Source of the DNA: an uncultured delta proteobacterium
GTDB taxonomy: Bacteria; Myxococcota_A; Polyangia; Fen-1088
Assembly (NCBI GenBank): GCA_963737265.1
Contig: CAVTRY010000011.1
Coordinates: 416,001 to 480,000 of the forward strand
Direction: 5' to 3'
Length of the DNA stretch: 64,000 nucleotides
In this document: piece by piece, positions 50,892-60,664 of the stretch
Layout: the number at the start of each line of letters is the position of its first letter
Numbering within the stretch: position 1 is the first letter of the stretch
Notes under the pieces: generated by a model
Seen by the model: only the letters and a program-made list of their open reading frames with translations
The model's database searches: none
Told to the model about the DNA's origin: nothing
Position numbers and translations under genes: made by a program

Positions 50892-52583
50892 ATGGTCAAA
50901 TCCCGGCTACAAGACCCGCGCGTCTGGTTCTGTCTCTTTGCCGTCCTGTCGGTGACGGCTGCCTGCACCCGGCGAATGCGTGACAAGGCTTCCCAACGAG
51001 GCGCCGGTGCAAGGGCAGACGGCGGGGTGGGGGGCCGATCTGGAGAAGCCGCAGGTGTCCTCCGTCCGCCCGTTGCGTTCCTGCCGGAATTTTCCGGTTT
51101 CGACGAGAAAAGGGCACAGCGAGGCGGCATTTTGAAGGTGCACTTGGAGGGCGAGCCACCCCACCTCAATCCCTTGCAAGATTCGCTGCAGGTGATCGAT
51201 CGCGTGGTCGTCGGCCTGGTCTACGAAACCCTCGTCGAATGTCGCGCGGATCGCTACCTGCCGGGCCTGGCCGAAAGCTGGGATGTGTCAAGTGACGGTC
51301 TTCGGCTGACCCTTCGCCTCAAAACGGGTGTGCGCTGGCACGACGACAAGGTTTTCTCGGGCATCGACGTACAGGCGACTCTGGAACATCTCATGCGCTC
51401 GCAGGCCGCGGCTCCCCTGCTGCACGCCATGATCTCGGATCTGGAAGGGGTCGACGTGCTCCCGGAGCGCATGGTCCGCCTGCGGCTGACCCGACCGTCG
51501 GATCTGACGCTGCGGGCTTTATGCGAGATCCCGATCCTTCCTGCAGAACCGCTGCGTACCGGTGGAACCAAGCTTGCCCAACTCGGGCGCGCACCCGTTG
51601 GCACCGGGCCCTTCCGAGTGGCGGCGTGGGAACATGGCAAGCGGATCAAGCTCGTTCGCAGTCGCTCCGCCGATGCGCCTGGCGCTCCCAGGGTGGACGA
51701 AATCCTATTCGAGATCGACTCCGATGCCGCCCGTGCGCTGATTCGCCTGCGCCGGGGCGAGATAGACGTCTTGCCGCGCGTGCTCGACATCCACTATCCG
51801 GAACAAGTTTCGCAGGCAACCCTGCGCGATTCGCTCACGCTCTACCTTCTGGCGCCGCATCGCTACTCTCTTGTCGCCCTCAACACGCGCCGGGGAGTGC
51901 TGGCGAACCCGGTCTTTCGCCACGCCCTGAGCCTGCTTTGGGATCGGAGTCGGTTTGCAACCGAGTTTCACCATGGGCTGGTGCGCGCCATCGGTGCGCC
52001 GACCTTCGGCGACGCGCCTCCCGATGCCTTCAATCCCGCCCTGGCCGCGCGTCTACTCGACGAGGCGGGTTTCAAGGATAGCGACGGCGATGGCGTCAGG
52101 GAGGTCGGCGGAGAGCCGATTCGCCTGACTTTTCTCGTGCCTGCCTCCGCGCACACACTGAGCATGGAAATCCGTGCGTACGCGCTCGATCTCCGGCGTG
52201 CTGGTATTCTGCTCGACACCACCAACGTCGACGGTGCGGCGGTCGTCGCACGCGTGCAGCACGGGGATTTTGACTTGGCGGCGCTGACCTGGGACGGCCG
52301 CCAGGATGAGGACGCGCGCCTCCTTACGAGCCCGCAGGGCGATTATCAGTACACTGGCTATCGTTCCGACCGATTCACCCAGCTCCTCGATCAGGTGCGT
52401 TCCGCCCCGTCGCCGGCAGCCCGGGTGCCGGTGCAGCGGCAGTTGGCCAACCTGCTCGCGACCGACCGTCCGGCGCTGTTTCTCTACCGCCACGACGTCC
52501 CTGTATTGTCTTCGAAGCGCGTCCACGGCCTTGCGGCCGTCGGCGACCGTCTCGATCTGCGCTCGGTGTGGCTTGATCCATGA
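50892..52583 (+). CDS. ABC transporter substrate-binding lipoprotein (family 5)
   Basis: TAAC lipobox; PGLAESWDVS...LKTGVRWHD; PVGTGPF. Confidence 0.9.
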   Translation: MVKSRLQDPRVWFCLFAVLSVTAACTRRMRDKASQRGAGARADGGVGGRSGEAAGVLRPPVAFLPEFSGFDEKRAQRGGILKVHLEGEPPHLNPLQDSLQVIDRVVVGLVYETLVECRADRYLPGLAESWDVSSDGLRLTLRLKTGVRWHDDKVFSGIDVQATLEHLMRSQAAAPLLHAMISDLEGVDVLPERMVRLRLTRPSDLTLRALCEIPILPAEPLRTGGTKLAQLGRAPVGTGPFRVAAWEHGKRIKLVRSRSADAPGAPRVDEILFEIDSDAARALIRLRRGEIDVLPRVLDIHYPEQVSQATLRDSLTLYLLAPHRYSLVALNTRRGVLANPVFRHALSLLWDRSRFATEFHHGLVRAIGAPTFGDAPPDAFNPALAARLLDEAGFKDSDGDGVREVGGEPIRLTFLVPASAHTLSMEIRAYALDLRRAGILLDTTNVDGAAVVARVQHGDFDLAALTWDGRQDEDARLLTSPQGDYQYTGYRSDRFTQLLDQVRSAPSPAARVPVQRQLANLLATDRPALFLYRHDVPVLSSKRVHGLAAVGDRLDLRSVWLDP

Positions 52584-53701
52584 ACCTGGTTTTTCTCCTG
52601 CAGGTGTTCGCGGCGGTATGTCCGGCGAGCCTCGCGGCGCCCGACGCGCCCGGCCTGACCGCGGTAGCACGACTGCCGACTGCCGAGGCCATGCGACTCA
52701 ACGGAGAAGGCAAGCGCCTCTACCGGCTCGAACGCTGGGTCGAGGCGCAAGAAAAGTATCGGGCTTCGCTCGCCGCGGATCCTGACTTTATCGACGCTCG
52801 GCTCAACCTGGCGTGCGCTCTGTCGCGCCAGAGCCACTACACCGAAGCTGCTGACGAAGCGGCGAGGCTGATCCGGCGGGCCTACGTACCATGGAGTCGC
52901 GAGGTGGTCGAGGCCGCGGATCTAGGCGTCCTTCAAGATCGCGGCGACTGGAAGAAGATTGAGGCGGCGCGCACGGAGTCAGCGGAGGCATGGGGCAAGC
53001 GCGTTCGCGAGGGCGTGCTCTTCGTGGCCAGAACCAAGCCGCCCGTCAACGTCGACCGCGAGGGTGTTCTCGTGCTCGGCCTCGCACAGGAGATTTTTGC
53101 CTGGATCCCCGAGACTGGACGGTATTTTCAGCTTACCGCCGAAGACGGTCGCGTGCTGGCCTTCGCCCGTTCCGCCGACGGAACGCGAGTGGCGTACCTG
53201 CTGGCCGGAAAACTGGTCCGGCTGCCTGGCCAGGACGCATGCTTGCGTGGCCTTTCCGTGCGCGTGCTGGACATCCCGACCATGTCCCAAAGCAAGTCAG
53301 TCGCAATCCCAGGCGACATCAGGCAAGTGCGGCTGTGGTTCGCGGCGCGGCCCGAGCTTAGCGTGACCGATTCCCTCGGAAGAATCAGCGGATTTCGCGT
53401 GGCCAGCGACACGCTAGAACCGGCCACCGCCAGCAACCCTCCGGCGCGCACGGATTCTGTTGCCCTCTCCGGTCTCGGCGTGGAAGCGAAGAGTCGCCGA
53501 GGCGGGCGGACCGCCTGCCGTTTCGATCTGAGCGCGCGCAAGGGCGCGGACGGAATCTGGCGCATTCAGGTTTCGCGGCCCGGAATGACTTCCTTCCCGC
53601 TCGATGCAAAGTATGGCGCCGGGCTTTCCGGCTTGCCCTTTTCCCGCGACACCTCCTGGCATCCCGGAGCGGCGCAAGGGGCGGGCAAAGACCGGCCTTG
53701 A
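52580..53701 (+). CDS. TPR-containing hypothetical protein
   Basis: NGEGKRLY...ARLNLACAL TPR-like segment; 4-nt overlap with the upstream gene. Confidence 0.7.
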   Translation: MNLVFLLQVFAAVCPASLAAPDAPGLTAVARLPTAEAMRLNGEGKRLYRLERWVEAQEKYRASLAADPDFIDARLNLACALSRQSHYTEAADEAARLIRRAYVPWSREVVEAADLGVLQDRGDWKKIEAARTESAEAWGKRVREGVLFVARTKPPVNVDREGVLVLGLAQEIFAWIPETGRYFQLTAEDGRVLAFARSADGTRVAYLLAGKLVRLPGQDACLRGLSVRVLDIPTMSQSKSVAIPGDIRQVRLWFAARPELSVTDSLGRISGFRVASDTLEPATASNPPARTDSVALSGLGVEAKSRRGGRTACRFDLSARKGADGIWRIQVSRPGMTSFPLDAKYGAGLSGLPFSRDTSWHPGAAQGAGKDRP

Positions 53702-53771
53702 CGCCGAGAATCGCTGTTGCCACTGGCGGGGCCGGATTCTCGCGTGGTATTGCGTTCGACGAGAACCTGAC

Positions 53772-54668
53772 GTGAACAAAGAAGTTGTCAGCATGACGGG
53801 ATTCGGCAGAGCAAGCGCCACGCTTGGGCTGCGCACCGTCGGGGTGGAGATTCGTTCGCTCAACCATCGCGGCCTGGACGTGAAATTGCGTGCGTATGAT
53901 GTTCAGCTGGCACCTGAAATCGAAGCCGAAATCGTGCATATGACCCGCCAGCGCATGACCCGTGGCTCTATCGCCATCAGCCTGCGCGGCGATGTGGTTT
54001 CCGGAAACGACGATCCTTTTGCCATCGCTCGCGTGCGCCAGATGCACGCGGCGCTCGACGGTTTACGCCAGGAGCTTGGTCAAACGCAGCCACTCGATTT
54101 GGCGGCGGTGGGCCCGTTTCTGAGCGCGGCCAATCTCGGTACCGCGTTTGAAATTCCGGCCTCGAGTTGGGACGCAATTGCCCCGGCGATCGAAACCGCG
54201 CTAGCGCATTTGTGCGCCATGCGGGCGCGCGAGGGTGGGGCAATCCGCGCCGATCTCGAACAACGTCTGACCGCCTTGCGCGGTCTGGTGGAGCGGATCT
54301 CCGGGCTCGCGGCCGGCATTCCCGGTCGCGCCGCCCGCCGTCTCGAGGAACGATTGACGGCGCTGCTCGGTGCGACGCCGGCGGTGGACCCTGGGCGCCT
54401 GGCGCAGGAGGTGGCGATTCTGGCCGAGCGCTTCGACGTCAGCGAGGAGCTCGTGCGCTTGCGGTCGCACTTCGATCATCTCGGCGCGCTGTTGGCAGGA
54501 CAGGCGAAGGACGCGCCGGGGCGGCGCATCGACTTTCTGGCCCAGGAAATCGGGCGCGAAATCAACACGCTCGGCGCGAAGGTCCAAGACGCCGCCATCC
54601 TGTCGCTGGTCGTCGACGCCAAGGCCGAGCTGGAGAAGCTGCGCGAACAGGCGCAGAATATTGAGTGA
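53772..54668 (+). CDS. yicC: YicC/YloC family endoribonuclease
   Basis: SMTGFG, SLNHR, DVSEELVRL, GRRIDFLAQE..REINT, REQAQNIE. Confidence 0.93.
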   Translation: MNKEVVSMTGFGRASATLGLRTVGVEIRSLNHRGLDVKLRAYDVQLAPEIEAEIVHMTRQRMTRGSIAISLRGDVVSGNDDPFAIARVRQMHAALDGLRQELGQTQPLDLAAVGPFLSAANLGTAFEIPASSWDAIAPAIETALAHLCAMRAREGGAIRADLEQRLTALRGLVERISGLAAGIPGRAARRLEERLTALLGATPAVDPGRLAQEVAILAERFDVSEELVRLRSHFDHLGALLAGQAKDAPGRRIDFLAQEIGREINTLGAKVQDAAILSLVVDAKAELEKLREQAQNIE

Positions 54669-54697
54669 AGGTTGCCAATCTCGGATTAAGTGAAGCG

Positions 54698-55342
54698 ATG
54701 TCCAGGGAAGTTCCGCGCGGCCTGCTGTTAGTCATTTCGTCACCGTCGGGCGCGGGCAAGACCACACTAGCGCGCCGATTGGCCGCGGAGTTCGATATCC
54801 GCTTCTCGGTGTCCTTCACCACGCGCAGCCCGCGCGCCGGCGAAGTCGAGGGCAAGGACTACTGCTTCGTCAGCAACGAGCGCTTTGACCAGATGATCGC
54901 GGCCAAGGAATTCGCGGAATGGGCGGTCGTGCACGGCAACCGCTACGGCACCAGTATCGCCGCGGTCAAGCAATCCATCGACGGCGGGCTCGACTGCCTG
55001 TTCGACGTCGACTACCAAGGCGGGCAACAGATCCGCAAGCTGTGGCCCGACGACAGCGTGCTGTGCTTCATCCTGCCCCCGTCCATGGAAGAGCTTGAAC
55101 GGCGGCTGCGCCGGCGCGCCACCGACGCGCCCGACGTCATCGAGCGTCGGCTTGCCATGGCGTGCAAGGAACTCCAGCACTACCACGAGTACGATTATCT
55201 GGTGGTGAACGACGATCTTTCTCGGGCCTACGATCAGCTGCGCGCGATCTACCTCGCGGCCCGTTGCACGCGCGCGCGGAAGGAACCGGTGGCGCAGGCA
55301 CTGCTGGCCGAGGCGGCAGCGCGCAGGTCCCAGAGCGCGTGA
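54698..55342 (+). CDS. gmk: Guanylate kinase
   Basis: SPSGAGKTT, TTRSPRAGEVEGKDY, HGNRYGT. Confidence 0.96.
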   Translation: MSREVPRGLLLVISSPSGAGKTTLARRLAAEFDIRFSVSFTTRSPRAGEVEGKDYCFVSNERFDQMIAAKEFAEWAVVHGNRYGTSIAAVKQSIDGGLDCLFDVDYQGGQQIRKLWPDDSVLCFILPPSMEELERRLRRRATDAPDVIERRLAMACKELQHYHEYDYLVVNDDLSRAYDQLRAIYLAARCTRARKEPVAQALLAEAAARRSQSA

Positions 55343-57495
55343 TGGTGAGCATCGACGCCATCTGTGAATCGGTTCTGCAACGTCACCCGGCCGCGGACAT
55401 CGATCTGATTCGACGGAGCTACGCCTTCGCCGAGTCTGGGCACGCGGGACAGTTCCGCCGTTCGGGCGATCCGTACTTGGTTCATCCCATGGGCGTGGCC
55501 AAGATCATCTCCGATCTCAATCTCGACGTCGCGTCGATCTGCGCCGGCATGCTGCACGACTGCGTCGAGGACACCACGGCCACGTCGGAAAATATCGGCG
55601 AGAAATTCGGCTCCGAGATCCAGAAAATCGTCGATGGGGTTACCAAGCTTGGACAAATCCCGTGGACGACGCGCGAAGAGCGCCAAGCCGAGAATTTTCG
55701 CAAGATGCTCATGGCCATGGCGCGCGACATCCGCGTGATTCTGGTCAAGCTCGCCGACCGCGTGGACAACATGCGCACGCTCGAGTTCATGTCGCGCGAC
55801 AAACGCGAGCGCATCGCGCGCGAAACGCGCGAGATCTACGCGCCGATTGCCAACCGGCTTGGTATCCAGTGGATGAAGGTCGAGCTGGAAGATCTCGCGT
55901 TCAAATTCTTGGAACCGCAGGACTGGAACGACTTGCACGCCAAGATGGAAGGGACCGAGTCGCAGCGTGGCGCGTACATCAGCGACGTGTGCACCAAGCT
56001 CGGCGAGGTGTTGGCGGAGAATGAAGTCGACGGGCAGGTGAGTGGCCGCGCCAAGGGTTATTGGTCCATCTACCAGAAGATGAAGCGCACCGGCCGCGAC
56101 CTCGAACAGGTATTCGACATCATCGCCTTCCGTATCATCACCGACAGCGTACGCGACTGCTACGCCACGCTCGGCATCATTCATTCGAACTGGACGCCGG
56201 TTCCCGGCCGATTCAAGGACTACATCGCGCTGCCCAAGCCAAACCTTTATCAGTCGCTGCACACTACGGTGATCGGGCCGCGGTCCGAGCGCATGGAGGT
56301 CCAGATTCGCACGCACGAAATGCACCGCACGGCCGAGCAGGGCATCGCGGCGCACTGGCAGTACAAGGAGCAAGCGCCTCTGGGCGCGGGCGATCGGAAG
56401 GCGTTCGCCTGGCTACACCAGCTGATGGAATGGCAGCGCGACCTCAAGGATCCGGCGGAATTCATCCAGACCGTGAAGATCGATCTCTTCGAGGAAGAAG
56501 TCTTTGTCTTCACGCCGAAGGGCGATGTCAAAGCCCTGCCCAAGGGCTCCACGCCCATCGATTTTTCCTACGCGGTGCACTCGAAGATCGGCGACCACTG
56601 CTCGGGCGCGCGGGTGAACGGAATGATGGTTCCCTTGCGCTATCTGCTGCGCAACGGGGACATCGTCGACATCATCACGTCGCCCACGCAGCGGCCATCC
56701 AAAGACTGGTTGAAGTTCGTCGTCACCAGCCGAGCGCAAACCAAAATTCGCCATCATCTGCGCAACGAACAGCGCGAGCGAAGCCGACGCCTTGGGCGCG
56801 ATCTCCTGACCAAAGCCCTGCGCAACCAGCACCGATCTTTGGCCTCGGCCGAGCGGGACAAGCTGTTGGAAAAGGCCGCAGAATCCCTACATCTTGGCAG
56901 TGTCGACGAGATTCTGGTTCACGTTGGCTACGGAAAGCTGAATCCCGAGGCGGCGGCGCTGGCCATCTATCCCCAGGCATCATCCGACTTGACCTCGGAT
57001 AGCCCGCCGGCCGTCGGCACGGAGATCCGCTCGCAACCAAGACGCGATCCCCGTCGGTCGGTCGGCGGCGTCCGGGTTCAAGGCGAGGCGGATATCGTCG
57101 TTCGCTTCGCCAAGTGCTGCAGCCCGGTGCCTGGCGACGCGATCGTCGCCTTCATCAGCCGCGGTAGGGGGGTCATCGTTCACACCCGCCAGTGTCCCAA
57201 GGCCTTCAATCTCGATCCTGCTCGCAGCGTCGAGGTGAGCTGGGACGAAGAGACTCGACTTTTGCACCCCGTCGCCGTGGAAGTCATTTCAGAGGACAAA
57301 CCGGGGATTCTGGCCGCCATTTCCAAATGTTTCATGGAACACAGCGTGAACATCGCACAGGCCAAGTGCAGAGCTACCGACGACCATCGCGGACAAAACA
57401 CATTTCAGGTCGCGGTCAACCACGTCGACCAGCTAAAAAAGGTCCTGCGGGCCATCCAAGGGATCGAAGGCGTCATCTCAGCCGTCCGACTTTGA
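55342..57495 (+). CDS. rel: Bifunctional (p)ppGpp synthetase/hydrolase (RelA/SpoT homolog)
   Basis: HD domain (LHDCVED), RFKDY, YQSLHT, EVQIRT, TGS, AKCC and ACT domains. Confidence 0.95.
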   Translation: MVSIDAICESVLQRHPAADIDLIRRSYAFAESGHAGQFRRSGDPYLVHPMGVAKIISDLNLDVASICAGMLHDCVEDTTATSENIGEKFGSEIQKIVDGVTKLGQIPWTTREERQAENFRKMLMAMARDIRVILVKLADRVDNMRTLEFMSRDKRERIARETREIYAPIANRLGIQWMKVELEDLAFKFLEPQDWNDLHAKMEGTESQRGAYISDVCTKLGEVLAENEVDGQVSGRAKGYWSIYQKMKRTGRDLEQVFDIIAFRIITDSVRDCYATLGIIHSNWTPVPGRFKDYIALPKPNLYQSLHTTVIGPRSERMEVQIRTHEMHRTAEQGIAAHWQYKEQAPLGAGDRKAFAWLHQLMEWQRDLKDPAEFIQTVKIDLFEEEVFVFTPKGDVKALPKGSTPIDFSYAVHSKIGDHCSGARVNGMMVPLRYLLRNGDIVDIITSPTQRPSKDWLKFVVTSRAQTKIRHHLRNEQRERSRRLGRDLLTKALRNQHRSLASAERDKLLEKAAESLHLGSVDEILVHVGYGKLNPEAAALAIYPQASSDLTSDSPPAVGTEIRSQPRRDPRRSVGGVRVQGEADIVVRFAKCCSPVPGDAIVAFISRGRGVIVHTRQCPKAFNLDPARSVEVSWDEETRLLHPVAVEVISEDKPGILAAISKCFMEHSVNIAQAKCRATDDHRGQNTFQVAVNHVDQLKKVLRAIQGIEGVISAVRL

Positions 57496-57557
57496 ACAGA
57501 AGTTGGCGGTCTTCTTCATTTGACCTACTGGTCCGCCTCTGCTAGTTGAAGCCGACC

Positions 57558-57725
57558 ATGGCATCGAACTCCCGCCAGACCTGGAAGCGACGAACGCGCC
57601 GGCACGCAAACGCCGGACGCAAGCGCAAGAACAAGGAAAGCCGTCACTCGACTCCGTCGGAGGCCGAGCTTTTCGCTGGACTGGGCGAGCCCGGCCAGCC
57701 CGCGGCCAAAACCGCGACGAAGTAG
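57558..57725 (+). CDS. Small basic protein (55 aa), not in the ORF track
   Basis: MASNSRQTWKRRTRRHANAGRKRKNKESRHSTPSEAELFAGLGEPGQPAAKTATK; TTGACC-17-TAGTTG with extended TG upstream (57520-57548). Confidence 0.7.
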   Translation: MASNSRQTWKRRTRRHANAGRKRKNKESRHSTPSEAELFAGLGEPGQPAAKTATK

Positions 57726-57881
57726 CCGGTCGAGAACGCCCGGCGTCATTGACTGATAGCTTTCTCGCACCTCGACGGGACGAATGTTGATTTTGGGGGG
57801 TGCTCTGCCCTAAAATCCCCCAACTTCGCTCCCGCTTCCGGGTATTCCGCGCGGTCGGAGTGGCCTCACCTCTAGGTACAG

Positions 57882-59930
57882 ATGAAACTCTGCCCAACTT
57901 GCAAAACGCAGTACCCCGAGGACGCGAACTTCTGCCCGCTCGAGAGCTGCGCGACTCCCGACGGACCGCAGCGTCTTCAGCCCATCCAGACACGGCCCGC
58001 GTCCCGCTTTCAACCGATCGAAAAGCTTGGTGGCGGAAGAACGGGCGAGGTTTGGCGCGCGCGCGATAGCCAAACCGGAATCGAGGTGGCCTACAAGGCG
58101 GTGCCGGCCAATGTTCTCGCAACGCCGGCGATCGTCGCCAGGACGGAACGAGAATTCAGGCAGCTGATGCGGGTCAGCAGTCCCAAGATTGCGACGATCG
58201 TCGACTGCGAAAAGACCCCAGCGGGCGGGATTGTGGTAGCGATGGAGCTCTGGCAGAGCGATTCCCTCGAGCGCATCCTCGAAGCGGGGCCTGTCGCTTT
58301 TGCGCAAGCCAAGTCCATCGTGTTGCAAGTGGGGCAGGCACTTCTCGAAGCCCAGAAGGCCGGCTTGGTTCACCGCGACGTCTCCCCCAAGAATATTTTG
58401 GTCTCATCCTCCGGCGATGTGAAGGTTATCAACTTTCCCTTGCCCGTTCCTATCAACGACAAGGTGGCCGGGGTCGCGGCCTACCTGTCGCCCGAGCAGG
58501 TTCAGGGGAAACCCGTCGACCAGCGCTCGAATACCTACAGCCTCGCCGCGATTCTGTACCATTTGTTTACCGGAGAAACGCCCTTCCAGGGCGCCACGGT
58601 TCAGGCGGTGCTCGACATGCACGTGTCGTCGCCGATCCTGCCTCCGACGCAGCGACGTCCCAGCGCCAACCTTCCGGTGGACGCAGACAAGCTGATTCTG
58701 AAGGCTCTGGACAAGAGCTCCAGCCGCCGACATTTGACCCTTCGTTTGTTCTTGAACGAGCTCGAGGCCCTGAAAGCGCAGGCTGCCGGAGCCGCGAAGG
58801 TGGATCGCGGAGCCGGTCTAGCCAAGACCATGATGTTCGGGGGAAACCAAGCTGAAATCGCCAAGATGGTGGCCGAAGCGCGGGCCGCCAAGGCTGCCGC
58901 AAGCGGCATGACCCCCGCCACCGGCGTGGCGGCTACCAGTGGCCCGGCAGCGCCTCCGCCAATTGCGATAGGCCAAACCATTGCGGCGGGCATGATGTCG
59001 CCACACGCGGCGACGCAAGTTGAAGGGCTTTCTCGACCTGCCGCACCCGCGCAGCCTCGGCCGACCGGTCTCGCCGCGCACGCTCCGACCCCTGCGCCCT
59101 TTGTGAAGACGCCGCCACCGGTTCCGGTTCCATCCGCGCAAGCGACGGCACACGCGACACCCGCGGCTCCTCCGCCCGCTCAATCGCCGGCGATGCGGCC
59201 AGCCGAGGCGGGCAAGGCGCCGGCCCCAAAGGCGGGCTCCGCCTTTCGCGAAACCCTGTGGTTCAAGAAAGGCGATGTCGAGCAGATGGTGGCCGATGCT
59301 AAATCGAAACTGCAGGCCGCCGGCAAGGTTCCCGTCGAATCGGCCGAGCTGACGGATGACGCCAGACCGCTCGAGGATCGTTACCTCGATGATGGTTCGG
59401 TCACGGTTGAGGACCGGAAGAAGTTCTCATTGCGAACGGGAGGAACGGCGACCGCGATGCCGACCGCCGCCCCTTCTGTCGCGGGCGAAAAAATGGACGA
59501 GCGCGAGATCGTTGGCGAGATTGGCGGGGGTCGGCGCACCCTGATTCTCGTGATCGCGGCCGTGGTCATTCTTGCCCTCGTGGTGGTGATCGTCATGATG
59601 GCCAAGGGAAAAGGGAAGGGGACGTCGACTTTGCCGACTACCTCGTCCGCGGCGACTCTGGCTCTAGCCAATCAGGCGCCAAGGCCAGGCAGCGGTGCGG
59701 AGGGACACCTGGGGCCGCCGGATGCCGAGGTCGTGGCCGCGCCACGCGTAGCGACTCCGCCAGGAGTACCGGGAGCCCAAGCCGCGGTTCCCGGGCTTGG
59801 CACCTCCGACGGCAGCACCAAACCCAATGTTGGTGCTGCCGCCAGAGGTGCCAAGCCCGCGGTGGCCCAGGCGAAGAAGCCGGCGGCAAAGAAGAAGCCA
59901 GTGGTCAAGCGCGCCAAGCGCAAGCGCTGA
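57882..59930 (+). CDS. Ser/Thr kinase-like protein (probable pseudokinase) with N-terminal zinc ribbon and TM segment
   Basis: CPTC..CPLESC; VAYK and HRDVSPKN present, but DFG is replaced by NFP; Pro/Ala linker, TM, basic tail. Confidence 0.85.
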   Translation: MKLCPTCKTQYPEDANFCPLESCATPDGPQRLQPIQTRPASRFQPIEKLGGGRTGEVWRARDSQTGIEVAYKAVPANVLATPAIVARTEREFRQLMRVSSPKIATIVDCEKTPAGGIVVAMELWQSDSLERILEAGPVAFAQAKSIVLQVGQALLEAQKAGLVHRDVSPKNILVSSSGDVKVINFPLPVPINDKVAGVAAYLSPEQVQGKPVDQRSNTYSLAAILYHLFTGETPFQGATVQAVLDMHVSSPILPPTQRRPSANLPVDADKLILKALDKSSSRRHLTLRLFLNELEALKAQAAGAAKVDRGAGLAKTMMFGGNQAEIAKMVAEARAAKAAASGMTPATGVAATSGPAAPPPIAIGQTIAAGMMSPHAATQVEGLSRPAAPAQPRPTGLAAHAPTPAPFVKTPPPVPVPSAQATAHATPAAPPPAQSPAMRPAEAGKAPAPKAGSAFRETLWFKKGDVEQMVADAKSKLQAAGKVPVESAELTDDARPLEDRYLDDGSVTVEDRKKFSLRTGGTATAMPTAAPSVAGEKMDEREIVGEIGGGRRTLILVIAAVVILALVVVIVMMAKGKGKGTSTLPTTSSAATLALANQAPRPGSGAEGHLGPPDAEVVAAPRVATPPGVPGAQAAVPGLGTSDGSTKPNVGAAARGAKPAVAQAKKPAAKKKPVVKRAKRKR

Positions 59931-59972
59931 AGACTGCAATCTGCAAGCTGCAAGGCGCAGGCTGCAGGCGGC
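59931..59972. repeat. Degenerate 7-bp tandem repeat, six copies
   Basis: AGACTGC AATCTGC AAGCTGC AAGGCGC AGGCTGC AGGCGGC directly after the stop codon. Confidence 0.75.
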
Positions 59973-60098
59973 AGAACCGGCACTGCCGGGAAATCCCGAC
60001 GTGCCCACGAGTGGGGCGGATGGGGCCTGGGGCCGATTAAGTGATGATGGACCGGGACAGAACAACCCGGACCGGAGCGAGTGCCCCTCCGCGCCATG

Positions 60099-60662
60099 CT
60101 ACTCGTCGGCTATCGACAGGGTCATCCGTTGCGCCTTGCCGTCTCGCAAGTAGTCGACGACGATCGTGGGCGCGGCTCTGAGGGATTGGGCGACGTCGAA
60201 CGCTTGTTCGGGCTTCTCGATAGACTTTCCGTTTACCTTCTGGACGATGTCGCCGCTGCGCAGCTCGATGGCCTGGTAGCAAGGGTTGCCGGTATACATG
60301 GTCTTGATCACCCAGCCTTGAAAGCGGTGATTCGCGAGCACGCGATCGCCCTGCACACCCTGCAGCCACAACGGCAAGCCGGCGTCGATTAGGCGCACGA
60401 GCGCCGGCCGGCGCAAGACGCCCGGTTTGGAAAACATTTGGCATACCCGCGGCGGCGGAGTTGGTTCGACCGTTGGGGCGGGCGGAGGCGCCCGGTCGGG
60501 AGACAGCTCTGGCAAATCGAGCGGGGTGGGGGCGATTCCGAGCGCTGGCGGCGATGGCATCTCCTGCGAAGTGGCAGCGCAGGACGACAGCAACAGGGTG
60601 AGCATCGCCAGGGACGGTTCGAGGCGGAAGCGCAAGTGCTCCATCGAGGTGTATTGTCGCAT
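60099..60662 (-). CDS. PDZ domain (GspC-like) lipoprotein
   Basis: LSSC lipobox; LRSGDIVQKVNG...VDYLRDG; start uncertain. Confidence 0.75.
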   Translation of the reverse strand: MRQYTSMEHLRFRLEPSLAMLTLLLSSCAATSQEMPSPPALGIAPTPLDLPELSPDRAPPPAPTVEPTPPPRVCQMFSKPGVLRRPALVRLIDAGLPLWLQGVQGDRVLANHRFQGWVIKTMYTGNPCYQAIELRSGDIVQKVNGKSIEKPEQAFDVAQSLRAAPTIVVDYLRDGKAQRMTLSIADE

Positions 60663-60664
60663 GC

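Noticed and set aside
57525-57770. 81-aa minus-strand ORF downstream of rel
   Set aside because: Antisense to the better supported 55-aa basic ORF; no motif
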